A DNA stretch of 64,000 nucleotides from Laetmonice hystrix. Taxonomy: Eukaryota. The DNA is taken from NCBI GenBank assembly GCA_965235115.1, contig OZ249439.1:19902001-19966000 (forward strand), read 5' to 3'. Below, one piece after another: positions 56,501 to 64,000 of the stretch. Positions within the stretch are counted from its first letter, which is position 1, and each line of letters starts with the position of its first letter. The translations under genes were made by a program, and so were the position numbers. The notes under the pieces are model-generated. The model was not told the DNA's origin, ran no database searches, and worked only from the letters and a program-made list of their open reading frames with translations.

Positions 56501-59500
56501 GAAACTTGTTTCAGAGGTTGTGCAGGTGTATGAGATGGGTGTCTAGACGGCCATACCATCGTCAAAATGGGTATCACATTTTAAGGCACGGCTAACGTAT
56601 TGCTACGGTCACACCTACTTGCGACCGGTCGGCGACTTGCTGAACGTAGAAATCGCATGCACCCTATCTACGACCAGTGTCCAAAAATTTTAGTCGTATA
56701 TTAGTAGCAGAGCGATAGGAGACTGGTTGGCGACTGGTAGGCGACCAGTCTGCGGTTGGCGTGCGTTTTTTTTATAGCAGTTTAGTCTGCGACTGCGCAG
56801 TGCGACATTCCAAGTGAAAACTGTCGCTAATTCGCGTATTTTCTCGCAATTTAGTATCTCCAACTAGTCGCGAGCTGTCACAGCCCAGCTGAGATACTAC
56901 CTTATAACCGTAGCTTCAATTAGCACCGGCAAACGACCATAAAATGGTCTTCATCAAGAGCAGCACATGACTCCTGGCTGGAGTACCGGAGTAAAGCAAT
57001 ACACGACGCAACCATCATGTCTCCGCCAGGTGGCGCCTTGTATTGTGTGGCTTTTCGCAAGCTCATCTTGCAGTATCCTCATAAAACTACAGCTGATGTC
57101 TTTCTATGTTTAGAAACAATTAGTGCCTTAAATTGCGCCAGTAATGTGAAGATGCTGTCAATTTCCATGCTTGGAAGCAGACCTCGTCTGTGACGGAGCT
57201 AATAGCGCGCGTATATAGTTTCTGTCTCGGCTCGACCTGCACTGGGATATCAGGGTTGTCTTCGTCTCAGAAATAAACTTGATTAAAAAAGATTATATTT
57301 ACAGTAGACGAATATGGATCAGTGACCGTTGTATATATATAGCCGGAACACAATTATCTAAAATTTCACAACCATGATTTAAACCTCTGAAAACATTATT
57401 AATGTGTTATATGACTGTTAGCAATATTTATAGTAACTATAGCTTCCCCTTGAAAAGTTATTAAAAATCCGTTCACTTTAGTAACTTCCAATCCGTCTAT
57501 TTCAATGTGAAGGTTTGCTCTTGTTGGATACTGAGTAAACTACTTGACCATGGAAAGAATAGGCCATACATTAACGCATAGAAAACCAACTAGAGCTGTC
57601 TGTCTGCCATAACTCAAGTTGCATACAGCTTTCACTTAGTTAATAACTATTTTCTTGGCTCCATCTTCACCTTTCTGATTCTTTCAATAGCAGCTGAGTC
57701 AGCAGTGTTGGTCAAATACTATTCAGCGCCGATCGACGCCCACCTGTATACACAGTGGCGGATCCAGGGGCGTAAGGGGCGTACGCCCCCCAAAATCCGC
57801 CTTTTATTTGCTTCTCAGATGAGTTAGCCTGGACCCACATCCGTTGACTCTTATGGATCCCACTTGACACACGCCCCCTATAACTACAAACTTCAAATCC
57901 TGGATCCGCCACTGATACAGGTTAGAGGGCATCGCCCACCTGTTGTCACTGTAAACTTATGGCACATATCCAGTGAAGTGAATATTTAACAAGGGTTCCA
58001 AGTCGAATACAACACTCTATACCTATGGCAGAGATCAGTCCGGCTAATTCAGACGGTAAGTCGATCGGATCAATCTCAATCTGCTGGCGGTGAGAAAGAA
58101 AACATGGGAACATGGTCTGTGTTAGAACATGATGTATTCACTTACCAAGTGCGGTAACATGAACGGAAGAAATTGAAGGACGATCTCAATGTTTCTGCCG
58201 GTAAATCCAGAATGAAACCAATGAATGTATTACAAGAGGAGGCCTGAACAGTAAAACAACGAAAGGGGGGAACTGAAGTCTGTCAGAAGGTCATACAATG
58301 GCATTCCTGCTGAAGATCATGCAGCCATGAGATCGGCCAACGAAAGGTGGACAACGTAGGCCTGCATGGTAAATTGTTATTTGGTGGAAGAAAGTGGTGG
58401 GGCCAAATAATGTAAGGAAAAGTGCAGTTTGAAGTACTGCTGCAGAGTCCGAGCCTGGTTATTAGATACATGTATAAGGATTGTTGACATGCAAGGCCAT
58501 TTAATGCCAACAGAGGGCGCTCCAGGTTGTCTCTTTTGTAACTCCGCGATGATGGTTTGAACCCAGGAATAAGTACCCTTTTAGGATAATCTCAATAATC
58601 TCCCGAGTCCAGTGTTCTCTCACCCGTGGGCATTAAATGGCAGCGGCAAGTTAACTTGGAAACAGATTAGTGAGAGGGTCGGAGATGTCTTTCAAGATCA
58701 TCACTCAGTGTCCACTGAGCAGTAATATGGGAAAACGGTTGTTGAGTTGTAAAATAATTCAGTTTTACCGCCTTTCTTGGTTCTACTACTGTTTGATATC
58801 CATTCATAGAACTAATTAAAAACGCAGGCAGAATGTATTCACTTGGTCTAGACAAGGCTACTCCATGTGGCCCTAAATGGCCCTCAATATGAACGAAGAA
58901 TGGTACAATTCTTTGAAGTATACACGTTACACCTGTTACTGGGATCGGCATTCCTTCTCTGGTAGGTGCACTTGAAATTGACACCCCGGAGGTGGTACGT
59001 ACCTGTGGGCGAGGTAGGCATGTACTCGACCTGGAGACTGACTCGTTGGATGTGACGAGTGATTTTTGTTCAAGTCACATGTTTGAATCAGTTACCCACG
59101 TAAGCCATTGTCAGATGTTACATCTCCCCTGGAGGGAGTGCAGCATACTTCAGGTGCATACACCGTATCTTTTTCCTCTTTTTGTATGGTGACTTTCTAA
59201 CATATCAAGTCTTTGTGCGTCGGATTGCAAAGTACTGTGGTAGGATTTTTTATGTGGTAAATAGGACCACAATCTGATGTGAGATGCATGACTGCAATAG
59301 AACAGGAACCAGTTACTGTAGAGCTTCTATTCCCAACCTCAATGCATGCACTCAGTTGAACTGCTGATGTAGGCACGACCCAGGCAATGGTTCAGGGCCT
59401 GTATATGTATCAGTTGTCATCTTTGTTTGTGCCCGTTTTGAGGCATACGAAGGTAAGAATCACGGTGCGTCAATGGTATCAATAGTGCAACAATCAGATC

Positions 59501-62500
59501 GCGACGTGCCTCATCTGAATGACGGTCTTTGATGATCGGAGAGTAACACCCTAGAGCTACGGCCAGTCCCTGGAGCAGCTGGCTGCAAGTCCTTGTAACC
59601 TGTACCCTCAGTACCGTACCATCTGCAGGGGCGAATCCAGGATTTTCAGGGGGGTCTGAGGGCGCCTTTACAATTTGTTTATGACAGGAACTCCCGATTT
59701 TGTTTATTTGAGGCGGGGAACTGGGGATGTATATATCTGTTAGACAATTGTTTTGCATTATTTTAACTTTTCTTGTAAACATTACCTTGGAATAGTAAAC
59801 GAACTGCTGGTCCATTAAAATGCCACAGTTGCAGTCATGCCGATACCTGAGCTACCAGTAGGTGTTCCGAAAGAAATTGCTTAATTACTTTGATTAATGG
59901 TAATGATAACGATATATTCCCATCATGGAACATCAACATGTTTTGTCATTAGACCAAGTACTGCCACATATTGCACCCGGAATTATTCGCAATATTTATG
60001 CAGTGCAGTGGCCAGTATGATTCTACATGGCTGGCCTATAATAAGAGGCTCGCATCGCACCCCCTTACCCCCATCCATATCTTTGTCCGCCGCAAAAGCC
60101 CCTCCCCCTGCACTTGAGAACAGGCATGCTAATAGTTGGCAGTAATTTGATCAATCTTCAACGCAGCAGCTTCTCTAGTCTTGTCCACTGAGGGAGAATC
60201 CGTATACTACCTGGCAATAGCTTTAAGGCATCAGTAGCAAAGTAGAGATGTCTAGCTTTGTACCGGGATGTGTATCACCAACGAACAAGCGCGTCAGTAT
60301 ACAAAGTCTTCTAAAGAAGCTACCAAATATTGCTGCAGCGTAAGCAAAATGTTCTCGCAAAATGTCATGTCGTTTTTCGAATGTAATATCGCATTATAAA
60401 ACATTTGATTGGATCAGTATCAGCATAGAGGTAAAACCAAAAAAAACAAGGAAAACGAACTTTGTCTGCGCATAAGTGCGAATTTGCATAAGGTGCGTTT
60501 CTATTTGTGACTGTACATGTTTTTTAGTTGTCTCCAACTTTTCTATTAGGAAAGGGGGAGAATAAGTATGAATGAAGGTCAATGTCTTTTTCAAGGTCAT
60601 TTGAAATTCCCAATGTTGTTATTTAGTAGTTTCAGCGACATCAAATATGTAGCTGGTCATACATGTGCATAATATCTTAAAACTTTAGTAATGATATTAA
60701 CTGAAGATGTGTTGGTCTACCGTTTTGATCTTGACTTACACTCAAGATGGCATCTCCCCCCCCCACTCCCGCCCGAGTCTCGAGTTCAGAGAGGAACGCA
60801 GAGTGTGGACCGTTTCGTATTCGCTTCGCTCCTCTGCTGCCATTCCCAGATAGCTATAGGAGCTGGTTTTAGACTTGAATCACTCAAGCCTGGGGCAGGA
60901 TAAAATCCCAAGGGTACTGCCCCCGAGCGCTAGAATTAGTCACCTTTCATCCATGTATGTATAAATATTGACATTTTCTTCAAGTTCTCACTCACACACT
61001 ACAACCACACGGCGCGCTTGAGTTTAATCACTGAGAATTAAGTCAATGATTGATGGGGATTTTTTTTAACCGAAGTAGTTGGTTTTTGTGTTGTTACCAG
61101 GCGGATGATCCAGTACGTGATTGGATCATTCTTTCCACTGTCTAAGAAATCCATTTTCATTCCCGACTGCTCCCTCTTGTGTTTTATCTTAGTGCAAGCG
61201 ACGGCATGAAATGCTGCTAACACAGCCTCACAATTGCATGCTCCTTTCTCACAAGAATCCCTGAGTTTCTTTGATCCTGACCTCGGTTTATTTAAATTTC
61301 ATAGCCTCCCTCATATTTGCCTCAGACCCTTGACATGACACGGCTGTTTTCTTGGAATGTTAAATAACGCTTGCTTTAACTTGGCCCCTTTCAGTACATG
61401 ATCAGCAGTCTCAAGACTGGCAACGTTCATTGGTCATGTTAGTTGGTTCCCCTGCACTGGCTGCAGCCAACCTTCTGACGACAAGGGTCAGCATCACAGG
61501 GGAGATCATGTACGAACATCAAAGACATCGAGGCTGCACTACTCCTGGTGTGGCCATGTGTCTGTACTTCCCAGGTCTTAGAAAATTCCTGGAGTCTTCT
61601 ACCTGTATCAGGCTAAACCCAGCACTGCTCCGAAATACCCCTTCTATCATAGCGTAAACGTGGATGTGTCATGATCATGGCGCGGACGCATAGGGTTTCA
61701 GGACAACCAGGAGCGGTGAAGAGAAGCCAGTTAAAAATAAACTTGTATTAATCATCATTACTAACATGTTCTAATGTTATTTTTTTCTGTTTTACAGCTC
61801 CAGCAGACAGAGTCGATGCGAGTGGGTAATTATGGGTCTATTTGACAACAACAGTAAGTTATATAATTAATTCCATACTACATTGATCATATGAATTGCT
61901 CTCTCAGGGGTCTATAGGATGGTACTGTTATCTACAACATTCATAGACTACTAATATCATTATCAGTTCCTTTGGGGATATACAAATTGTGTTTTCATCG
62001 TTTAATTTGGAGAAATACATGTATAATACGCTGGGCAAGGCCATTTGTATGGATTATAAAAATTTCAGTCTCATAAAGTCTTATATTTCCTTCACCTCAC
62101 ATAGGCAACATCTGAAAAATAATCGTAATTGAACTCGGTTTCGAGGGAGAGTGCCTCTGAAGATACACGTCGAGCACATGCCAACCGTTCCGATTTAATC
62201 GGAATCGTTTCGATTTTCGTGTTTACATATTGCAAAAAATCGAAACGTTCCGATTTTCGAATTTTCAGATCGCAATATATAAATCAGGTTCAAAAGAGCC
62301 TTTCTTTAGCATTAAAAATGCCCAAAACCCAGGAGCTTACGGGGGCCCTGGGCCCCTCACGGGTAGTGTTCCGATTTCTGGTTTTCCAATGTTGGCAGTA
62401 TTATAGAAATGTCAGCTTTCATTCTACAGTTTACAGTTGAAGACAAATTCTGAGGTAAATGATACTTACCTCCGCTGGGAAGGACTGCCCATCGATTGTA

Positions 62501-62661
62501 TGTTCCGAGCCTAGGCTGTCAATGCTGCCGAAGTGAAACAAAATTTCGCTGACTCGATACTTGTATGCCAAAGGTCCTCCTGTGATGTTGATGATATGTG
62601 GACTCGGGTCATCGAGCACAATCTTCAGGTCATGGCCTGTGTTCATCAGCGTTCCCGCCAC
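2546..62661 (-). CDS. CA10: Multi-exon carbonic anhydrase-related protein gene (CA10/CA11-like, CARP), 5'-partial; span of the six exons found
   Basis: Six GT-AG exons join in frame: VAGTLMNTGHDLKIVLDDPSPHIINITGGPLAYKYRVSEILFHFGSIDSLGSEHTIDGQSFPAE|IQLLGYNTDIYGNMTQAVYSANGLIVVGILVQ|IGRKANPEFEIIAPELKQVRYKG|QQVRIRHLSVHGLLPETTDYMTYEGSLTQPGCYETVTWIIMNKPIYITNEH|MMILRDIMQGYETNPKVGMENNCRPTMALNHRPIRTNINFPNP|TRGCSMEKEMHYQ. Alpha-CA motifs NITGGP, HFG, GSEH, YEGSLT.P.C, W....P and RTNINF are present. EILFHFG and AEIQL are CA10/11-type variants. The symbol means CA10-like; orthology was not tested. Confidence 0.93.
4469..4597 (-). CDS. CA10: CARP exon (129 bp, phase 0-0): MMILRDIMQGYETNPKVGMENNCRPTMALNHRPIRTNINFPNP
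   Basis: Acceptor aattctgtttcag|ATG and donor CCA|gtaagt. Contains NxRP...LNxRxIRTNINF, as in the CA10 C-terminal region. Confidence 0.92.
6515..6832. mobile_element. MITE, TIR CA(C/G)TGGGGGATCCAGG, 5-bp TSD AGGTC
   Basis: 16-bp TIRs with one mismatch. AGGTC at 6510-6514 and 6833-6837. Confidence 0.85.
7731..8141. repeat. Tandem repeat, 83-85 bp unit, ~5 copies
   Basis: agatacatcgtatgcatgc... starting at 7731, 7816, 7899, 7982 and 8065. Confidence 0.95.
11727..11860. repeat. Minisatellite, 34-bp unit (one 31-bp), 4 copies, each with a GC box
   Basis: tccggtttattccccgccccaactggtccttctg starting at 11727, 11761, 11795 and 11826. Confidence 0.93.
13880..14145. mobile_element. MITE, degenerate GCGGATCCAG-type TIRs, 5-bp TSD GTGTA
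   Basis: cataggcggatgcag ... ctggatccgcaagtg, flanked by GTGTA at 13875-13879 and 14146-14150. Confidence 0.75.
14779..14904. mobile_element. 126-bp MITE, TIR CAGTGGCGTA, 5-bp TSD TTTAT
   Basis: cagtggcgtaccc ... ggatacgccactg, flanked by TTTAT on both sides. Confidence 0.85.
16671..16825 (-). CDS. CA10: CARP exon (155 bp, phase 1-0): (G)QQVRIRHLSVHGLLPETTDYMTYEGSLTQPGCYETVTWIIMNKPIYITNEH
   Basis: Acceptor gtaacctcag|GT and donor CAT|gtaagt. Contains the YEGSLTxPxC and WIIMNKP alpha-CA motifs. Confidence 0.95.
16953..17185. repeat. Minisatellite, 31/37-bp units forming a 99-bp higher-order repeat
   Basis: ccataggtcgtggag(c/t)tccacacccatgg(ccatgg)ct. Explains the three overlapping minus-strand ORFs in the track. 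Confidence 0.95.
19059..19104. other. Perfect 20-bp inverted repeat with 6-nt loop
   Basis: gacaacatgatgaatttaac-gtgact-gttaaattcatcatgttgtc. Confidence 0.95.
21082..21351. promoter_or_regulatory. Putative intronic enhancer: four co-oriented YTCATTARG (TAATGA homeodomain-type) sites
   Basis: Motif at 21082, 21178, 21243 and 21343 in non-repetitive intron DNA. Confidence 0.35.
21905..21971 (-). CDS. CA10: CARP exon (67 bp, phase 0-1): IGRKANPEFEIIAPELKQVRYK-G
   Basis: Acceptor attgtcttgcag|ATT and donor AAAG|gtaagt. The phase-1 end matches the 2-nt start of the next exon. Confidence 0.9.
23768..23840. repeat. Local tandem duplication of ~36 bp
   Basis: acggctggtctgtcccc(c)attctccctgcctgcacc occurs twice. 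Confidence 0.8.
25391..26527. repeat. Left arm of ~290 bp inverted duplication (interrupted by a MITE at 25539-26379)
   Basis: 25391-25538 plus 26385-26527 is the reverse complement of 28837-29126 with only a few mismatches. Confidence 0.9.
25539..26379. mobile_element. Composite MITE, TIR CAGGCCCGTAGCCA, 5-bp TSD CATAT (hAT5-like)
   Basis: TIRs caggcccgtagcca / tggctacgggcctg. CATAT at 25534-25538 and 26380-26384. Empty site confirmed in the paralogous arm. Confidence 0.85.
26640..28920 (+). mobile_element. Decayed, 5'-truncated L1/Tx1-clade LINE (ORF2 linker, N-half of RT, C-terminal domain, 3' tail)
   Basis: Frameshifted pieces read KAKWYEGGERNTKYFMNL, NKSPGNEGLTTEFYK, RKAVITLIDKGKDRLSLRNWRPISLLNTDYKLMTKVIAYRMKKVLP, DFENAFDSLNWKFM, NNGYTSGYF-LERGV, then FWRQVETWF...WNSVVLLGKYYIYGCK. 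Putative tail AATAAA plus (TCTTA)n-like repeat at ~28850-28920. Confidence 0.9.
27761..28055. mobile_element. Secondary MITE-like insertion(s) interrupting the LINE RT
   Basis: A CAGGGCCAGATCCAGG terminus and G/C runs begin exactly where the RT reads LERGV. LINE homology resumes at ~28060 in the C-terminal domain. Confidence 0.6.
28837..29126. repeat. Right arm of ~290 bp inverted duplication
   Basis: Uninterrupted reverse complement of the left arm. Shows the empty site cccatatgccag. Confidence 0.9.
33908..33953. repeat. (GAA)n low-complexity tract
   Basis: Direct inspection. Confidence 0.8.
37900..37995 (-). CDS. CA10: CARP exon (96 bp, phase 0-0): IQLLGYNTDIYGNMTQAVYSANGLIVVGILVQ
   Basis: Acceptor cttattttattacag|ATC and donor CAG|gtagga. 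Aligns with CA10 [32 protein letters not shown]. Too short to appear in the ORF track. Confidence 0.93.
41894..42160. repeat. Minisatellite, 43-bp unit, ~6 copies
   Basis: tcaaatttctctcccgcattctgttagtggaaatcgcacacct repeated; one copy carries a small insertion. Confidence 0.95.
47918..47968. repeat. (GGGGTG/GGGATG)n simple repeat
   Basis: Direct inspection. Confidence 0.8.
49227..51302. repeat. Tandem satellite, 28-bp unit TGACCGTCAGACCCTATCCATGACAACC, ~74 copies
   Basis: Direct inspection: ~2.08 kb of highly homogeneous units. Confidence 0.98.
52945..53050. repeat. Polypurine (GGA/GAG) low-complexity tract
   Basis: About 100 bp almost entirely G/A on the plus strand. Confidence 0.85.
53515..53640 (+). 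mobile_element. 3' fragment of a tRNA-type SINE
   Basis: ctccgggtactccggtttcctccacca...gatatg...ggcgtaaaaccccaaaca followed by a simple-repeat tail (cacc)n. Resembles the shared body of widespread invertebrate SINEs (recognised from memory). No head present. Confidence 0.55.
55019..55565. repeat. Tandem repeat, 113-119 bp unit, ~4.8 copies
   Basis: Unit starts (gtacaactgatagc) at 55019, 55132, 55251, 55364 and 55477. Confidence 0.95.
56602..56914. mobile_element. Possible degenerate PIF/Harbinger-like MITE
   Basis: Ends gctacggtcaca / tataaccgtagc and many internal GCGAC/GTCGC motifs. TSD not intact. Confidence 0.4.
57753..57914. mobile_element. 162-bp MITE, TIR CAGTGGCGGATCCAGG, 5-bp TSD ATACA
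   Basis: Perfect 16-bp TIRs. ATACA at 57748-57752 and 57915-57919. Confidence 0.9.
62470..62661 (-). CDS. CA10: CARP exon (192 bp, phase 0-0): VAGTLMN...FPAE
   Basis: Acceptor ...cccatctag|GTG at 62661 and donor GAG|gtaagt at 62470. Encodes NTGH, NITGGP, EILFHFG and GSEH motifs. Confidence 0.95.
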
Positions 62662-62851
62662 CTAGATGGGTGTAAACAGACACAGGTCTATTCAGTTACT
62701 TGATCATCGGCAAGGAGACGGGGTATTTTATAGTTTGAAAGAACCGGCCTATTCAGTGATAAATAATCAACAATAATCAACTCAGAGAATTTTTATATTT
62801 AAATCATAGAAACAGGCCCAGTAAGTGGTATTTTGGTATCCCCTCCCTATA

Positions 62852-62939
62852 CAGGGTGTCCCAGAAAAAAAGGTAATCCTGGCAAAAGGGATTAATGTGA
62901 GGATTTTTACCAGGATTACCTTTTTTCTGGGACACCCTG
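62852..62939. mobile_element. 88-bp Tc1/mariner-type MITE with TA TSD
   Basis: TA|CAGGGTGTCCCAGAAAAAAAGGTAATCCTGG ... CCAGGATTACCTTTTTTCTGGGACACCCTG|TA; ~35-bp near-perfect TIRs. Confidence 0.85.
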
Positions 62940-64000
62940 TACAAATCCGTCACCTTGATACCGCCTTGCTCAGCCAACCTTTCGGTTCGTCATTCCTGGG
63001 TGGGCATGACAAACTCGTGCACCATGACTTACACCTTTTGCTGGCTTTCTTCCTGTCGACCTCCCTATCATTAACGTCCCTCGACTTTCACACGACCGAG
63101 TCTGGCGGCTGTCCCAGTTATTATGTTAGGATCAGATTAAAGGGCAAGGGTGCGGCAGACAAGTTGAGTAGCCGGCAGTAACATGGATGGCTTCCAAGGT
63201 ACCATGTCGGCCTTCCAAACGAATGGCGGACTACTCGATTTTACCAAGCCTTGCCTAGAGTTGGGAATGTCTGGGTTGTAGAATGGTGTGGACGATATGC
63301 CCCCATCACTTATTATTCAGTAGAGCGTTTTGTCCATATGGTTAGGTTGAGGGTTAAAGTTTGCAAGAACGCCTATCCATTCTGAGAAGGCCTACTTGAA
63401 ATAATTCCAAACTACATGTATATGGTATCTCTTGACTGGTTCCACAAAGGCCGTATACAAATCTTCTTGTAAGTGTACGCGTATTTGTAGTCCTACTCAA
63501 ATATAGCAGATACTTATATTTTTATCGTTTAGCTGTATAAATCGTCGAAATTGATGACTTGTTCTGGCCTGCTGGATTGTTTGTTAACCTTTAGTCGCAG
63601 TCCAATAATGCTACCGAACGCAGCTTGGACTCAATGTTAGGTCAACCTTCAGAGAATTATTCCCTTTCTGTCAAGCATTCCCCAATCTTGCCAATGTATA
63701 GGTTTCTGTGCAAATTTCCACTGCTTTGCAAGAAATATTCAATTTTAAGGCATTCCATTTTCTGCACAAAGACGTCTATAAATTGCCATTCCATTTGGCC
63801 CTTGATTAATCACGAACGCACGCACCCACTCACACAGTTGGAACGTGTGTAAGGGAAGGGATTTTATGATCGCGTTTATATCGTTCATTCTATTCGTTAA
63901 TCATAGCGACAGATTTATGGACAATCTAGACGGGATCCGGTACAGGTCAATGCCTAGTGATCAATAGGGCAGGGTCCCTGCGAGCTCGTTTTACACACTA

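Noticed and set aside
58500-58660. tRNA gene or SINE head (ggtttgaaccc)
   Set aside because: No cloverleaf and no A-box/B-box spacing could be built.
58667-58984. Gypsy protease-like fragment
   Set aside because: Only a vague IPVxG resemblance; no D(T/S)G or RT motif.
62662-64000. Upstream CARP exon (expected ..G..QSP.NI..)
   Set aside because: No such motif in any minus frame. The donor-like site near 63030 gives an unrelated peptide, so the exon must lie beyond the window.

Overview
Eukaryotic (animal) genomic DNA, probably from a marine invertebrate; the host assignment is inference from repeat types and protein style. The window is occupied by one large minus-strand, intron-rich gene for a carbonic anhydrase-related protein of the CA10/CA11 (CARP X/XI) type. 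Six internal coding exons can be placed from GT-AG signals and frame continuity: 62661-62470, 37995-37900, 21971-21905, 16825-16671, 4597-4469 and 2585-2546. The 5' exons lie beyond the right edge and the terminal exon is unresolved. The spliced protein lacks two of three zinc-binding histidines, so it is predicted to be acatalytic. The 1.9-24.5 kb introns contain a decayed L1/Tx1-type LINE inside a recent ~290 bp inverted duplication, five CAG-ended MITEs with 5-bp target-site duplications, a tiny Tc1/mariner MITE, a SINE 3' fragment, a 2.1 kb 28-bp satellite with higher-order structure, several minisatellites, a perfect 20-bp hairpin, a homeodomain-site cluster and a candidate poison exon. 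No rRNA, tRNA or CRISPR array was found. Most ORFs in the supplied track are non-coding noise. I found no convincing new biological system; the best leads are gene-regulatory and genome-evolution observations.
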